From Auanema rhodensis (lineage: Eukaryota; Animalia; Nematoda), in contig CAXKVF010000078.1 in the NCBI GenBank assembly GCA_964057225.1, forward strand, positions 248,001 to 312,000: a stretch of DNA of 64,000 nt, given 5' to 3'. The position numbers and the translations under genes are program-made. This document shows, piece after piece, positions 39,600 through 55,074 of the stretch. Every line of letters starts with the position of its first letter. Positions within the stretch are counted from its first letter, which is position 1. The notes beneath the pieces were generated by a model, which was given only the letters and a program-made list of their open reading frames with translations, made no database searches and was not told where the DNA came from.

Positions 39600-42500
39600 C
39601 AAGTGCACATCACGTGTACATTTAATTAGCATAAATTAAAGTTCACGTAAATTTCAAAGTCATGGTTACCATGAACCAATATCAATAAAAATTTGTTTTT
39701 AGACTAATATGGACATGGGGAATCTAATTTTGAAAACCGCATCTCTTTATCTTTCACGTGAAGCGAGTTACATACCAAGTGCACATCACGTGTACATTTC
39801 ATTAGCATAAATTAAAGTTCACGTAAATTTCAAAGTCATGGTTACCATGCACCAATATCAATAAAAATTTGTATTTAGACTAATATGGACATGGGGAATC
39901 TAATTTTGAAAACCGCATCTCTTTATCTTTCACGTGAAGCGAGTTACATACCAAGTGCACATCACGTGTACATTTAATTAGCATAAATTAAAGTTCACGT
40001 AAATTTCAAAGTCATGGCTACCATGCACCAATATCAATAAAAATTTGTTTTTAGACTAATATGGACATGGGGAATCTAATTTTGAAAACCGCATCTCTTT
40101 ATCTTTCACGTGAAGCGAGTTACATACCAAGTGCACATCACGTGTACGTTTAATTAGCATAAATTAAAGTTCACGTAAATTTCAAAGTCATGGTTACCAT
40201 GAACCAATATCAATAAAAATTTGTTTTTAGACTAATATGGACATGGGGAATCTAATTTTGAAAACCGCATCTCTTTATCTTTCACGTGAAGCGAGTTACA
40301 TACCAAGTGCACATCACGTGTACATTTAATTAGCATAAATTAAAGTTCACGTAAATTTCAAAGTCATGGTTACCATGAACCAATATCAATAAAAATTTGT
40401 TTTTAGACTAATATGGACATGGGGAATCTAATTTTGAAAACCGCATCTCTTTATCTTTCACGTGAAGCGAGTTACATACCAAGTGCACATCACGTGTACA
40501 TTTCATTAGCATAAATTAAAGTTCACGTAAATTTCAAAGTCATGGTTACCATGCACCAATATCAATAAAAATTTGTATTTAGACTAATATGGACATGGGG
40601 AATCTAATTTTGAAAACCGCGTCTCTTTATCTTTCACGTGAAGCGAGTTACATACCAAGTGCACATCACGTGTACATTTAATTAGCATAAATTAAAGTTC
40701 ACGTAAATTTCAAAGTCATGGCTACCATGCACCAATATCAATAAAAATTTGTTTTTAGACTAATATGGACATGGGGAATCTAATTTTGAAAACCGCATCT
40801 CTTTATCTTTCACGTGAAGCGAGTTACATACCAAGTGCACATCACGTGTACGTTTAATTAGCATAAATTAAAGTTCACGTAAATTTCAAAGTCATGGTTA
40901 CCATGAACCAATATCAATAAAAATTTGTTTTTAGACTAATATGGACATGGGGAATCTAATTTTGAAAACCGCATCTCTTTATCTTTCACGTGAAGCGAGT
41001 TACATACCAAGTGCACATCACGTGTACATTTAATTAGCATAAATTAAAGTTCACGTAAATTTCAAAGTCATGGCTACCATGCACCAATATCAATAAAAAT
41101 TTGTTTTTAGACTAATATGGACATGGGGAATCTAATTTTGAAAACCGCATCTCTTTATCTTTCACGTGAAGCGAGTTACATACCAAGTGCACATCACGTG
41201 TACATTTAATTAGCATAAATTAAAGTTCACGTAAATTTCAAAGTCATGGTTACCATGAACCAATATCAATAAAAATTTGTTTTTAGACTAATATGGACAT
41301 GGGGAATCTAATTTTGAAAACCGCATCTCTTTATCTTTCACGTGAAGCGAGTTACATACCAAGTGCACATCACGTGTACATTTAATTAGCATAAATTAAA
41401 GTTCACGTAAATTTCAAAGTCATGGTTACCATGAACCAATATCAATAAAAATTTGTTTTTAGACTAATATGGACATGGGGAATCTAATTTTGAAAACCGC
41501 ATCTCTTTATCTTTCACGTGAAGCGAGTTACATACCAAGTGCACATCACGTGTACATTTAATTAGCATAAATTAAAGTTCACGTAAATTTCAAAGTCATG
41601 GTTACCATGAACCAATATCAATAAAAATTTGTTTTTAGACTAATATGGACATGGGGAATCTAATTTTGAAAATTGCATCTCTTTATATTTCACGTGAAGC
41701 GAGTTACATACCAAGTGCACATCACGTGTACATTTAATTAGCATAAATTAAAGTTCACGTAAATTTCAAAGTCATGATTACCATGCACCAATATCAATAA
41801 AAATTTGTTTTTAGACTAATATGGACATGGGGAATCTAATTTTGAAAACCGCATCTCTTTATCTTTCACGTGAAGCGAGTTACATACCAAGTGCACATCA
41901 CGTGTACATTTAATTAGCATAAATTAAAGTTCACGTAAATTTCAAAGTCATGGCTACCATGCACCAATATCAATAAAAATTTGTTTTTAGACTAATATGG
42001 ACATGGGGAATCTAATTTTGAAAACCGCATCTCTTTATCTTTCACGTGAAGCGAGTTACATACCAAGTGCACATCACGTGTACATTTAATTAGCATAAAT
42101 TAAAGTTCACGTAAATTTCAAAGTCATGGTTACCATGAACCAATATCAATAAAAATTTGTTTTTAGACTAATATGGACATGGGGAATCTAATTTTGAAAA
42201 CCGCATCTCTTTATCTTTCACGTGAAGCGAGTTACATACCAAGTGCACATCACGTGTACATTTAATTAGCATAAATTAAAGTTCACGTAAATTTCAAAGT
42301 CATGGTTACCATGAACCAATATCAATAAAAATTTGTTTTTAGACTAATATGGACATGGGGAATCTAATTTTGAAAACCGCATCTCTTTATCTTTCACGTG
42401 AAGCGAGTTACATACCAAGTGCACATCACGTGTACATTTAATTAGCATAAATTAAAGTTCACGTAAATTTCAAAGTCATGGTTACCATGAACCAATATCA

Positions 42501-42767
42501 ATAAAAATTTGTTTTTAGACTAATATGGACATGGGGAATCTAATTTTGAAAATTGCATCTCTTTATATTTCACGTGAAGCGAGTTACATACCAAGTGCAC
42601 ATCACGTGTACATTTAATTAGCATAAATTAAAGTTCACGTAAATTTCAAAGTCATGATTACCATGCACCAATATCAATAAAAATTTGTTTTTAGACTAAT
42701 ATGGACATGGGGAATCTAATTTTGAAAACCGAATCTCTTTATCTTTCACGTGAAGCGAGTTACATAC
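39600..42767 (+). repeat. Adjacent 4-mer (x2) and 5-mer (x2) duplications
   Basis: 4-mer at 39600-40303 and 40304-41007 (TTTCATT+TGTATT, GGCTA, GTACGT). 5-mer at 41008-41887 and 41888-42767 (GGCTA, AATTGC+TATATT, TGATTA). Confidence 0.85.
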
Positions 42768-45700
42768 CAAGTGCACATCACGTGTACATTTAATTAGCAT
42801 AAATTAAAGTTCACGTAAAATTCAAAGTCATGGTTACCATGCACCAATATCAATAAAAATTTGTTTTTAGACTAATATGGACATGGGGAATCTAATTTTG
42901 AAAACCGCATCTCTTTATCTTTCACGTGAAGCGAGTTACATACCAAATGCACATCACGTGTACATTTAATTAGCATAAATTAAAGTTCACGTAAATTTCA
43001 AAGTCATGGTTACCATGCACCAATATCAATAAAAATTTGTTTTTAGACTAATATGGACATGGGGAATCTAATTTTGAAAACCGCATCTCTTTATCTTTCA
43101 CGTGAAGCGAGTTACATACCAAGTGCACATCACGTGTACATTTAATTAGCATAAATTAAAGTTCACGTAAATTTCAAAGTCATGGTTACCATGAACCAAT
43201 ATCAATAAAAATTTGTTTTCAGACTAATATGGACATGGGGAATCTAATCTTGAAAACCGCATCTCTTTATCTTTCACGTGAAGCGAGTTACATACCAAGT
43301 GCACATCACGTGTACATTTAATTAGCATAAATTAAAGTTCACGTAAATTTCAAAGTCATGGTTACCATGAACCAATATCAATAAAAATTTGTTTTTAGAC
43401 TAATATTGACATGGGGAATCTAATTTTGAAAACCGCATCTCTTTATCTTTCACGTGAAGCGAGTTACATACCAAGTGCACATCACGTGTACATTTAATTA
43501 GCATAAATTAAAGTTCACGTAAATTTCAAAGTCATGGTTACCATGAACCAATATCAATAAAAATTTGTTTTTAGACTAATATGGACATGGGGAATCTAAT
43601 TTTGAAAACCGCATCTCTTTATCTTTCACGTGAAGCGAGTTACATACCAAGTGCACATCACGTGTACATTTAATTAGCATAAATTAAAGTTCACGTAAAT
43701 TTCAAAGTCATGGTTACCATGAACCAATATCAATAAAAATTTGTTTTTAGACTAATATGGACATGGGGAATCTAATTTTGAAAACCGCATCTCTTTATCT
43801 TTCACGTGAAGCGAGTTACATACCAAGTGCACATCACGTGTACATTTAATTAGCATAAATTAAAGTTCACGTAAATTTCAAAGTCATGGTTACCATGAAC
43901 CAATATCAATAAAAATTTGTTTTTAGACTAATATGGACATGGGGAATCTAATTTTGAAAACCGCATCTCTTTATCTTTCACGTGAAGCGAGTTACATACC
44001 AAGTGCACATCACGTGTACATTTAATTAGCATAAATTAAAGTTCACGTAAATTTCAAAGTCATGGTTACCATGCACCAATATCAATAAAAATTTGTATTT
44101 AGACTAATATGGACATGGGGAATCTAATTTTGGAAACCGCATCTCTTCATCTCTCACGTGAAGCGAGTTACATACCAAGTGCACATCACGTGTACATTTA
44201 ATTAGCATAAATTAAAGTTCACGTAAATTTCAAAGTCATGGCTACCATGCACCAATATCAATAAAAATTTGTTTTTAGACTAATATGGACATGGGGAATC
44301 TAATTTTGAAAACCGCATCTCTTTATATTTCACGTGAAGCGAGTTACATACCAAGTGCACATCACGTGTACATTTAATTAGCATAAATTAAAGTTCACGT
44401 AAATTTCAAAGTCATGGTTACCATGCACCAATATCAATAAAAATTTGTTTTTAGACTAATATGGACATGGGGAATCTAATTTTGAAAACCGCATCTCTTT
44501 ATCTTTCACGTGAAGCGAGTTACATACCAAGTGCACATCACGTGTACATTTAATTAGCATAAATTAAAGTTCACGTAAAATTCAAAGTCATGGTTACCAT
44601 GAACCAATATCAATAAAAATTTGTTTTTAGACTAATATGGACATGGGGAATATAATTTTGAAAACCGCATCTCTTTATCTTTCACGTGAAGCGAGTTACA
44701 TACCAAGTGCACATCACGTGTACATTTAATTAGCATAAATTAAAGTTCACGTAAATTTCAAAGTCATGGTTACCATGCACCAATATCAATAAAAATTTGT
44801 TTTTAGACTAATATGGACATGGGGAATCTAATTTTGAAAACCGCATCTCTTTATCTTTCACGTGAAGCGAGTTACATACCAAGTGCACATCACGTGTACA
44901 TTTAATTAGCATAAATTAAAGTTCACGTAAATTTCAAAGTCATGGTTACCATGAACCAATATCAATAAAAATTTGTTTTTAGACTAATATGGACATGGGG
45001 AATATAATTTTGAAAACCGCATCTCTTTATCTTTCACGTGAAGCGAGTTACATACCAAGTGCACATCACGTGTACATTTAATTAGCATAAATTAAAGTTC
45101 ACGTAAATTTCAAAGTCATGGTTACCATGCACCAATATCAATAAAAATTTGTTTTTAGACTAATATGGACATGGGGAATCTAATTTTGAAAACCGCATCT
45201 CTTTATCTTTCACGTGAAGCGAGTTACATACCAAGTGCACATCACGTGTACATTTAATTAGCATAAATTAAAGTTCACGTAAATTTCAAAGTCATGGTTA
45301 CCATGCACCAATATCAATAAAAATTTGTTTTTAGACTAATATGGACATGGGGAATCTAATTTTGAAAACCGCATCTCTTTATCTTTCACGTGAAGCGAGT
45401 TACATACCAAGTGCACATCACGTGTACATTTAATTAGCATAAATTAAAGTTCACGTAAAATTCAAAGTCATGGTTACCATGCACCAATATCAATAAAAAT
45501 TTGTTTTTAGACTAATATGGACATGGGGAATCTAATTTTGAAAACCGCATCTCTTTATCTTTCACGTGAAGCGAGTTACATACCAAGTGCACATCACGTG
45601 TACATTTAATTTGCATAAAATAAAGTTCACGTAAATTTCAAAGTCATGGTTACCATGCACCAATATCAATAAAAATTTGTTTTTAGACTAATATAGACAT

Positions 45701-48575
45701 GGGGAATCTAATTTTGAAAACCGCATCTCTTTATCTTTCACGTGAAGCGAGTTACATACCAAGTGCACATCACGTGTACATTTAATTAGCATAAATTAAA
45801 GTTCACGTAAATTTCAAAGTCATGGTTACCATGCACCAATATCAATAAAAATTTGTTTTTAGACTAATATGGACATGGGGAATCTAATTTTGAAAACCGC
45901 ATCTCTTTATCTTTCACGTGAAGCGAGTTACATACCAAGTGCACATCACGTGTACATTTAATTAGCATAAATTAAAGTTCACGTAAATTTCAAAGTCATG
46001 GTTACCATGCACCAATATCAATAAAAATTTGTTTTTAGACTAATATGGACATGGGGAATCTAATTTTGAAAACCGCATCTCTTTATCTTTCACGTGAAGC
46101 GAGTTACATACCAAGTGCACATCACGTGTACATTTAATTAGCATAAATTAAAGTTCACGTAAAATTCAAAGTCATGGTTACCATGCACCAATATCAATAA
46201 AAATTTGTTTTTAGACTAATATGGACATGGGGAATCTAATTTTGAAAACCGCATCTCTTTATCTTTCACGTGAAGCGAGTTACATACCAAGTGCACATCA
46301 CGTGTACATTTAATTTGCATAAATTAAAGTTCACGTAAATTTCAAAGTCATGGTTACCATGCACCAATATCAATAAAAATTTGTTTTTAGACTAATATGG
46401 ACATGGGGAATCTAATTTTGAAAACCGCATCTCTTTATCTTTCACGTGAAGCGAGTTACATACCAAGTGCACATCACGTGTACATTTAATTAGCATAAAT
46501 TAAAGTTCACGTAAATTTCAAAGTCATGGTTACCATGAACCAATATCAATAAAAATTTGTTTTCAGACTAATATGGACATGGGGAATCTAATCTTGAAAA
46601 CCGCATCTCTTTATCTTTCACGTGAAGCGAGTTACATACCAAGTGCACATCACGTGTACATTTAATTAGCATAAATTAAAGTTCACGTAAATTTCAAAGT
46701 CATGGTTACCATGAACCAATATCAATAAAAATTTGTTTTTAGACTAATATTGACATGGGGAATCTAATTTTGAAAACCGCATCTCTTTATCTTTCACGTG
46801 AAGCGAGTTACATACCAAGTGCACATCACGTGTACATTTAATTAGCATAAATTAAAGTTCACGTAAATTTCAAAGTCATGGTTACCATGCACCAATATCA
46901 ATAAAAATTTGTTTTTAGACTAATATGGACATGGGGAATCTAATTTTGAAAACCGCATCTCTTTATCTTTCACGTGAAGCGAGTTACATACCAAGTGCAC
47001 ATCACGTGTACATTTAATTAGCATAAATTAAAGTTCACGTAAAATTCAAAGTCATGGTTACCATGCACCAATATCAATAAAAATTTGTTTTTAGACTAAT
47101 ATGGACATGGGGAATCTAATTTTGAAAACCGCATCTCTTTATCTTTCACGTGAAGCGAGTTACATACCAAGTGCACATCACGTGTACATTTAATTAGCAT
47201 AAATTAAAGTTCACGTAAAATTCAAAGTCATGGTTACCATGCACCAATATCAATAAAAATTTGTTTTTAGACTAATATGGACATGGGGAATCTAATTTTG
47301 AAAACCGCATCTCTTTATCTTTCACGTGAAGCGAGTTACATACCAAGTGCACATCACGTGTACATTTAATTTGCATAAAATAAAGTTCACGTAAATTTCA
47401 AAGTCATGGTTACCATGCACCAATATCAATAAAAATTTGTTTTTAGACTAATATAGACATGGGGAATCTAATTTTGAAAACCGCATCTCTTTATCTTTCA
47501 CGTGAAGCGAGTTACATACCAAGTGCACATCACGTGTACATTTAATTAGCATAAATTAAAGTTCACGTAAATTTCAAAGTCATGGTTACCATGCACCAAT
47601 ATCAATAAAAATTCGTTTTTAGACTAATATGGACATGGGGAATCTAATTTTGAAAACCGCATCTCTTTATCTTTCACGTGAAGCGAGTTACATACCAAGT
47701 GCACATCACGTGTACATTTAATTAGCATAAATTAAAGTTCACGTAAATTTCAAAGTCATGGTTACCATGCACCAATATCAACAAAAATTTGTTTTTAGAC
47801 TAATATGGACATGGGGAATCTAATTTTGAAAACCGCATCTCTTTATCTTTCACGTGAAGCGAGTTACATACCAAGTGCACATCACGTGTACATTTAATTA
47901 GCATAAATTAAAGTTCACGTAAAATTCAAAGTCATGGTTACCATGCACCAATATCAATAAAAATTTGTTTTTAGACTAATATGGACATGGGGAATCTAAT
48001 TTTGAAAACCGCATCTCTTTATCTTTCACGTGAAGCGAGTTACATACCAAGTGCACATCACGTGTACATTTAATTAGCATAAATTAAAGTTCACGTAAAT
48101 TTCAAAGTCATGGTTACCATGCACCAATATCAATAAAAATTTGTTTTTAGACTAATATGGACATGGGGAATCTAATTTTGAAAACCGCATCTCTTTATCT
48201 TTCACGTGAAGCGAGTTACATACCAAGTGCACATCACGTGTACATTTAATTAGCATAAATTAAAGTTCACGTAAATTTCAAAGTCATGGTTACCATGCAC
48301 CAATATCAATAAAAATTTGTTTTTAGACTAATATGGACATGGGGAATCTAATTTTGAAAACCGCATCTCTTTATCTTTCACGTGAAGCGAGTTACATACC
48401 AAGTGCACATCACGTGTACATTTAATTAGCATAAATTAAAGTTCACGTAAATTTCAAAGTCATGGTTACCATGCACCAATATCAATAAAAATTTGTTTTT
48501 AGACTAATATGGACATGGGGAATCTAATTTTGAAAACCGCATCTCTTTATCTTTCACGTGAAGCGAGTTACATAC

Positions 48576-51500
48576 CAAGTGCACATCACGTGTACATTTA
48601 ATTAGCATAAATTAAAGTTCACGTAAATTTCAAAGTCATGGTTACCATGCACCAATATCAATAAAAATTTGTTTTTAGACTAATATGGACATGGGGAATC
48701 TAATTTTGAAAACCGCATCTCTTTATTTTTCACGTGAAGCGAGTTACATACCAAGTGCACATCACGTGTACATTTAATTAGCATAAACTAAAGTTCACGT
48801 AAATTTCAAAGTCATGGTTACCATGAACCAATATCAATAAAAATTTGTTTTTAGACTAATATGGACATGGGGAATCTAATTTTGAAAACCGCATCTCTTT
48901 ATCTTTCACGTGAAGCGAGTTACATACCAAGTGCACATCACGTGTACATTTAATTAGCATAAATTAAAGTTCACGTAAATTTCAAAGTCATGGTTACCAT
49001 GAAGCAATATCAATAAAAATTTGTTTTTAGACTAATATGGACATGGGGAATCTAATTTTGAAAACCGCATCTCTTTATCTTTCACGTGAAGCGAGTTACA
49101 TACCAAGTGCACATCACGTGTACATTTAATTAGCATAAATTAAAGTTCACGTAAATTTCAAAGTCATGGTTACCATACACCAATATCAATAAAAATTTGT
49201 TTTTAGATTAATATGGACATGGGGAATCTAATTTTGAAAACCGCATCTCTTTATCTTTCACGTGAAGCGAGTTACATACCAAGTGCACATCACGTGTACA
49301 TTTAATTAGCATAAATTAAAGTTCACGTAAATTTCAAAGTCATGGTTACCATGCACCAATATCAATAAAAATTTGTTTTTAGACTAATATGGACATGGGG
49401 AATCTAATTTTGAAAACCGCATCTCTTTATCTTTCACGTGAAGCGAGTTACATACCAAGTGCACATCACGTGTACATTTAATTAGCATAAATTAAAGTTC
49501 ACGTAAATTTCAAAGTCATGGTTACCATGAACCAATATCAATAAAAATTTGTTTTTAGACTAATATGGACATGGGAAATCTAATTTTGAAAACCGCATCT
49601 CTTTATCTTTCACGTGAAGCGAGTTACATACCAAGTGCACATCACGTGTACATTCAATTAGCATAAATTAAAGTTCACGTAAAATTCAAAGTCATGGTTA
49701 CCATGCACCAATATCAATAAAAATTTGTTTTTAGACTAATATGGACAAGGGGAATCTAATTTTGAAAACCGCATCTCTTTATCTTTCATGTGAAGCGAGT
49801 TACATACCAAGTGCACATCACGTGTACATTTAATTAGCATAAATTAAAGTTCACGTAAATTTCAAAGTCATGGTTACCATGCACCAATATCAATAAAAAT
49901 TTGTTTTCAGACTAATATGGACATGGGGAATCTAATTTTGAAAACCGCATCTCTTTATCTTTCACGTGAAGCGAGTTACATACCAAGTGCACATCACGTG
50001 TACATTTAATTAGCATAAATTAAAGTTCACGTAAATTTCAAAGTCATGGTTACCATGCACCAATATCAATAAAAATTTGTTTTTAGACTAATATGGACAT
50101 GGGGAATCTAATTTTGAAAACCGCATCTCTTTATCTTTCACGTGAAGCGAGTTACATACCAAGTGCACATCACGTGTACATTTAATTAGCATAAATTAAA
50201 GTTCACGTAAATTTCAAAGTCATGGTTACCATGCACCAATATCAATAAAAATTTGTTTTTAGACTAATATGAACATGGGGAATCTAATTTTGAAAACCGC
50301 ATCTCTTTATCTTTCACGTGAAGCGAGTTACATACCAAGTGCACATCACGTGTACATTTAATTAGCATAAATTAAAGTTCACGTAAATTTCAAAGTCATG
50401 GTTACCATGAACCAATATCAATAAAAATTTGTTTTTAGACTAATATGGACATGGGAAATCTAATTTTGAAAACCGCATCTCTTTATCTTTCACGTGAAGC
50501 GAGTTACATACCAAGTGCACATCACGTGTACATTTAATTAGCATAAATTAAAGTTCACGTAAAATTCAAAGTCATGGTTACCATGCACCAATATCAATAA
50601 AAATTTGTTTTTAGACTAATATGGACAAGGGGAATCTAATTTTGAAAACCGCATCTCTTTATCTTTCATGTGAAGCGAGTTACATACCAAGTGCACATCA
50701 CGTGTACATTTAATTAGCATAAATTAAAGTTCACGTAAATTTCAAAGTCATGGTTACCATGCACCAATATCAATAAAAATTTGTTTTCAGACTAATATGG
50801 ACATGGGGAATCTAATTTTGAAAACCGCATCTCTTTATCTTTCACGTGAAGCGAGTTACATACCAAGTGCACATCACGTGTACATTTAATTAGCATAAAT
50901 TAAAGTTCACGTAAATTTCAAAGTCATGGTTACCATGCACCAATATCAATAAAAATTTGTTTTTAGACTAATATGGACATGGGGAATCTAATTTTGAAAA
51001 CCGCATCTCTTTATTTTTCACGTGAAGCGAGTTACATACCAAGTGCACATCACGTGTACATTTAATTAGCATAAACTAAAGTTCACGTAAATTTCAAAGT
51101 CATGGTTACCATGAACCAATATTAATAAAAATTTGTTTTTAGACTAATATGGACATGGGGAATCTAATTTTGAAAACCGCATCTCTTTATCTTTCACGTG
51201 AAGCGAGTTACATACCAAGTGCACATCACGTGTACATTTAATTAGCATAAATTAAAGTTCACGTAAATTTCAAAGTCATGGTTACCATGAAGCAATATCA
51301 ATAAAAATTGGTTTTTAGACTAATATGGACATGGGGAATCTAATTTTGAAAACCGCATCTCTTTATCTTTCACGTGAAGCGAGTTACATACCAAGTGCAC
51401 ATCACGTGTACATTTAATTAGCATAAATTAAAGTTCACGTAAAATTCAAAGTCATGGTTACCATGCACCAATATCAATAAAAATTTGTTTTTAGACTAAT

Positions 51501-52799
51501 ATGGACATGGGGAATCTAATTTTGAAAACCGCATCTCTTTATTTTTCACGTGAAGCGAGTTACATACCAAGTGCACATCACGTGTACATTTAATTAGCAT
51601 AAACTAAAGTTCACGTAAATTTCAAAGTCATGGTTACCATGAACCAATATCAATAAAAATTTGTTTTTAGACTAATATGGACATGGGGAATCTAATTTTG
51701 AAAACCGCATCTCTTTATCTTTCACGTGAAGCGAGTTACATACCAAGTGCACATCACGTGTACATTTAATTAGCATAAATTAAAGTTCACGTAAATTTCA
51801 AAGTCATGGTTACCATGAAGCAATATCAATAAAAATTTGTTTTTAGACTAATATGGACATGGGGAATCTAATTTTGAAAACCGCATCTCTTTATCTTTCA
51901 CGTGAAGCGAGTTACATACCAAGTGCACATCACGTGTACATTTAATTAGCATAAATTAAAGTTCACGTAAATTTCAAAGTCATGGTTACCATACACCAAT
52001 ATCAATAAAAATTTGTTTTTAGATTAATATGGACATGGGGAATCTAATTTTGAAAACCGCATCTCTTTATCTTTCACGTGAAGCGAGTTACATACCAAGT
52101 GCACATCACGTGTACATTTAATTAGCATAAATTAAAGTTCACGTAAATTTCAAAGTCATGGTTACCATGCACCAATATCAATAAAAATTTGTTTTTAGAC
52201 TAATATGGACATGGGGAATCTAATTTTGAAAACCGCATCTCTTTATCTTTCACGTGAAGCGAGTTACATACCAAGTGCACATCACGTGTACATTTAATTA
52301 GCATAAATTAAAGTTCACGTAAATTTCAAAGTCATGGTTACCATGAACCAATATCAATAAAAATTTGTTTTTAGACTAATATGGACATGGGAAATCTAAT
52401 TTTGAAAACCGCATCTCTTTATCTTTCACGTGAAGCGAGTTACATACCAAGTGCACATCACGTGTACATTCAATTAGCATAAATTAAAGTTCACGTAAAA
52501 TTCAAAGTCATGGTTACCATGCACCAATATCAATAAAAATTTGTTTTTAGACTAATATGGACAAGGGGAATCTAATTTTGAAAACCGCATCTCTTTATCT
52601 TTCATGTGAAGCGAGTTACATACCAAGTGCACATCACGTGTACATTTAATTAGCATAAATTAAAGTTCACGTAAATTTCAAAGTCATGGTTACCATGCAC
52701 CAATATCAATAAAAATTTGTTTTCAGACTAATATGGACATGGGGAATCTAATTTTGAAAACCGCATCTCTTTATCTTTCACGTGAAGTGAGTTACATAC
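48576..52799 (+). repeat. 8-monomer HOR in 8-5-3-8 arrangement
   Basis: Unit: TATTTT-CAC, AAACTA-AAC, AAG, CATACAC+TAGATT, CAC, AAC+GGGAAA, CAC+ACAAGG+TCATGTG, CAC+TTTCAG. Full copies start at 48576 and 51392. Partial copies lie at 49984-50863 and 50864-51391. Confidence 0.82.
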
Positions 52800-53327
52800 C
52801 AAGTGCACATCACGTGTACATTTAATTAGCATAAATTAAAGTTCACGTAAATTTCAAAGTCATGGTTACCATGCACCAATATCAATAAAAATTTGTTTTT
52901 AGACTAATATGGACATGGGGAATCTAATTTTGAAAACCGCATCTCTTTATCTTTCACGTGAAGCGAGTTACATACCAAGTGCACATCACGTGTACATTTA
53001 ATTAGCATAAACTAAAGTTCACGTAAATTTCAAAGTCATGGTTACCATGAACCAATATCAATAAAAATTTGTTTTTAGACTAATATGGACATGGGGAATC
53101 TGATTTTGAAAACCGCATCTCTTTATCTTTCACGTGAAGCGAGTTACATACCAAGTGCACATCACGTGTACATTTAATTAGCATAAATTAAAGTTCACGT
53201 AAAATTCAAAGTCATGGTTACCATGCACCAATATCAATAAAAATTTGTTTTTAAACTAATATGGACATGGGGAATCTAATTTTGAAAACCGCATCTCTTT
53301 ATCTTTTACGTGAAGCGAGTTACATAC

Positions 53328-55074
53328 CAAGTGCACATCACGTGTACATTTAATTAGCATAAATTAAAGTTCACGTAAATTTCAAAGTCATGGTTACCAT
53401 GAACCAATATCAATAAAATTTGTTTTTAGACTAATATGGACATGGGGAATCTAATTTTGAAAACCGCATCTCTTTATCTTTAACGTGAAGCGAGTTACAT
53501 ACCAAGTGCACATTTAATTAGCATAAATTAAAGTTCACGTAAAATTCAAAGTCATGGTTACCATGCACCAATATCAATAAAAATTTGTTTTTAGACTAAT
53601 ATGGACATGGGGAATCTAATTTTGAAAACCGCATCTCTTTATCTTTTACGTGAAGCGAGTTACATACCAAGTGCACATCACGTGTACATTTAATTAGCAT
53701 AAATTAAAGTTCACGTAAATTTCAAAGTCATGGTTACCATGAACCAATATCAATAAAAATTTGTTTTTAGACTAATATGGACATGGGGAATCTAATTTTG
53801 AAAACCGCATTTCTTTATCTTTCACGTGAAGCGAGTTACATACCAAGTGCACATCACGTGTACATTTAATTAGCATAAATTAAAGTTCACGTAAATTTCA
53901 AAGTCATGGTTACCATGCACCAATATCAATAAAAATTTGTTTTTAGACTAATATGGACATGGGGAATCTAATTTTGAAAACCGCATCTCTTTATCTTTCA
54001 CGTGAAGCGAGTTACATACCAAGTGCACATCACGTGTACATTTAATTAGCATAAATTAAAGTTCACGTAAATTTCAAAGTCATGGTTACCATGAAGCAAT
54101 ATCAATAAAAATTTGTTTTTAGACTAATATGGACATGGGAAATCTAATTTTGAAAACCGCATCTCTTTATCTTTCACGTGAAGCGAGTTACATACCAAGT
54201 GCACATCACGTGTACATTTAATTAGCATAAATTAAAGTTCACGTAAATTTCAAAGTCATGGTTACCATGAACCAATATCAATAAAATTTGTTTTTAGACT
54301 AATATGGACATGGGGAATCTAATTTTGAAAACCGCATCTCTTTATCTTTAACGTGAAGCGAGTTACATACCAAGTGCACATCACGTGTACATTTAATTAG
54401 CATAAATTAAAGTTCACGTAAAATTCAAAGTCATGGTTACCATGCACCAATATCAATAAAAATTTGTTTTTAGACTAATATGGACATGGGGAATCTAATT
54501 TTGAAAACCGCATCTCTTTATCTTTTACGTGAAGCGAGTTACATACCAAGTGCACATCACGTGTACATTTAATTAGCATAAATTAAAGTTCACGTAAATT
54601 TCAAAGTCATGGTTACCATGAACCAATATCAATAAAAATTTGTTTTTAGACTAATATGGACATGGGAAATCTAATTTTGAAAACCGCATTTCTTTATCTT
54701 TCACGTGAAGCGAGTTACATACCAAGTGCACATCACGTGTACATTTAATTAGCATAAATTAAAGTTCACGTAAATTTCAAAGTCATGGTTACCATGCACC
54801 AATATCAATAAAAATTTGTTTTTAGACTAATATGGACATGGGGAATCTAATTTTGAAAACCGCATCTCTTTATCTTTCACGTGAAGCGAGTTACGTACCA
54901 AGTGCACATCACGTGTACATTTAATTAGCATAAATTAAAGTTCACGTAAATTTCAAAGTCATGGTTACCATGAAGCAATATCAATAAAAATTTGTTTTTA
55001 GACTAATATGGACATGGGAAATCTAATTTTGAAAACCGCATCTCTTTATCTTTCACGTGAAGCGAGTTACATAC
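53328..55074 (+). repeat. 5-monomer duplication sharing a 1-bp deletion
   Basis: 53328-54195 and 54196-55074 share the A5>A4 deletion with TTTAACG, AAAATT+TTTTACG, GCATTTC and AAG+GGGAAA. Confidence 0.87.
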
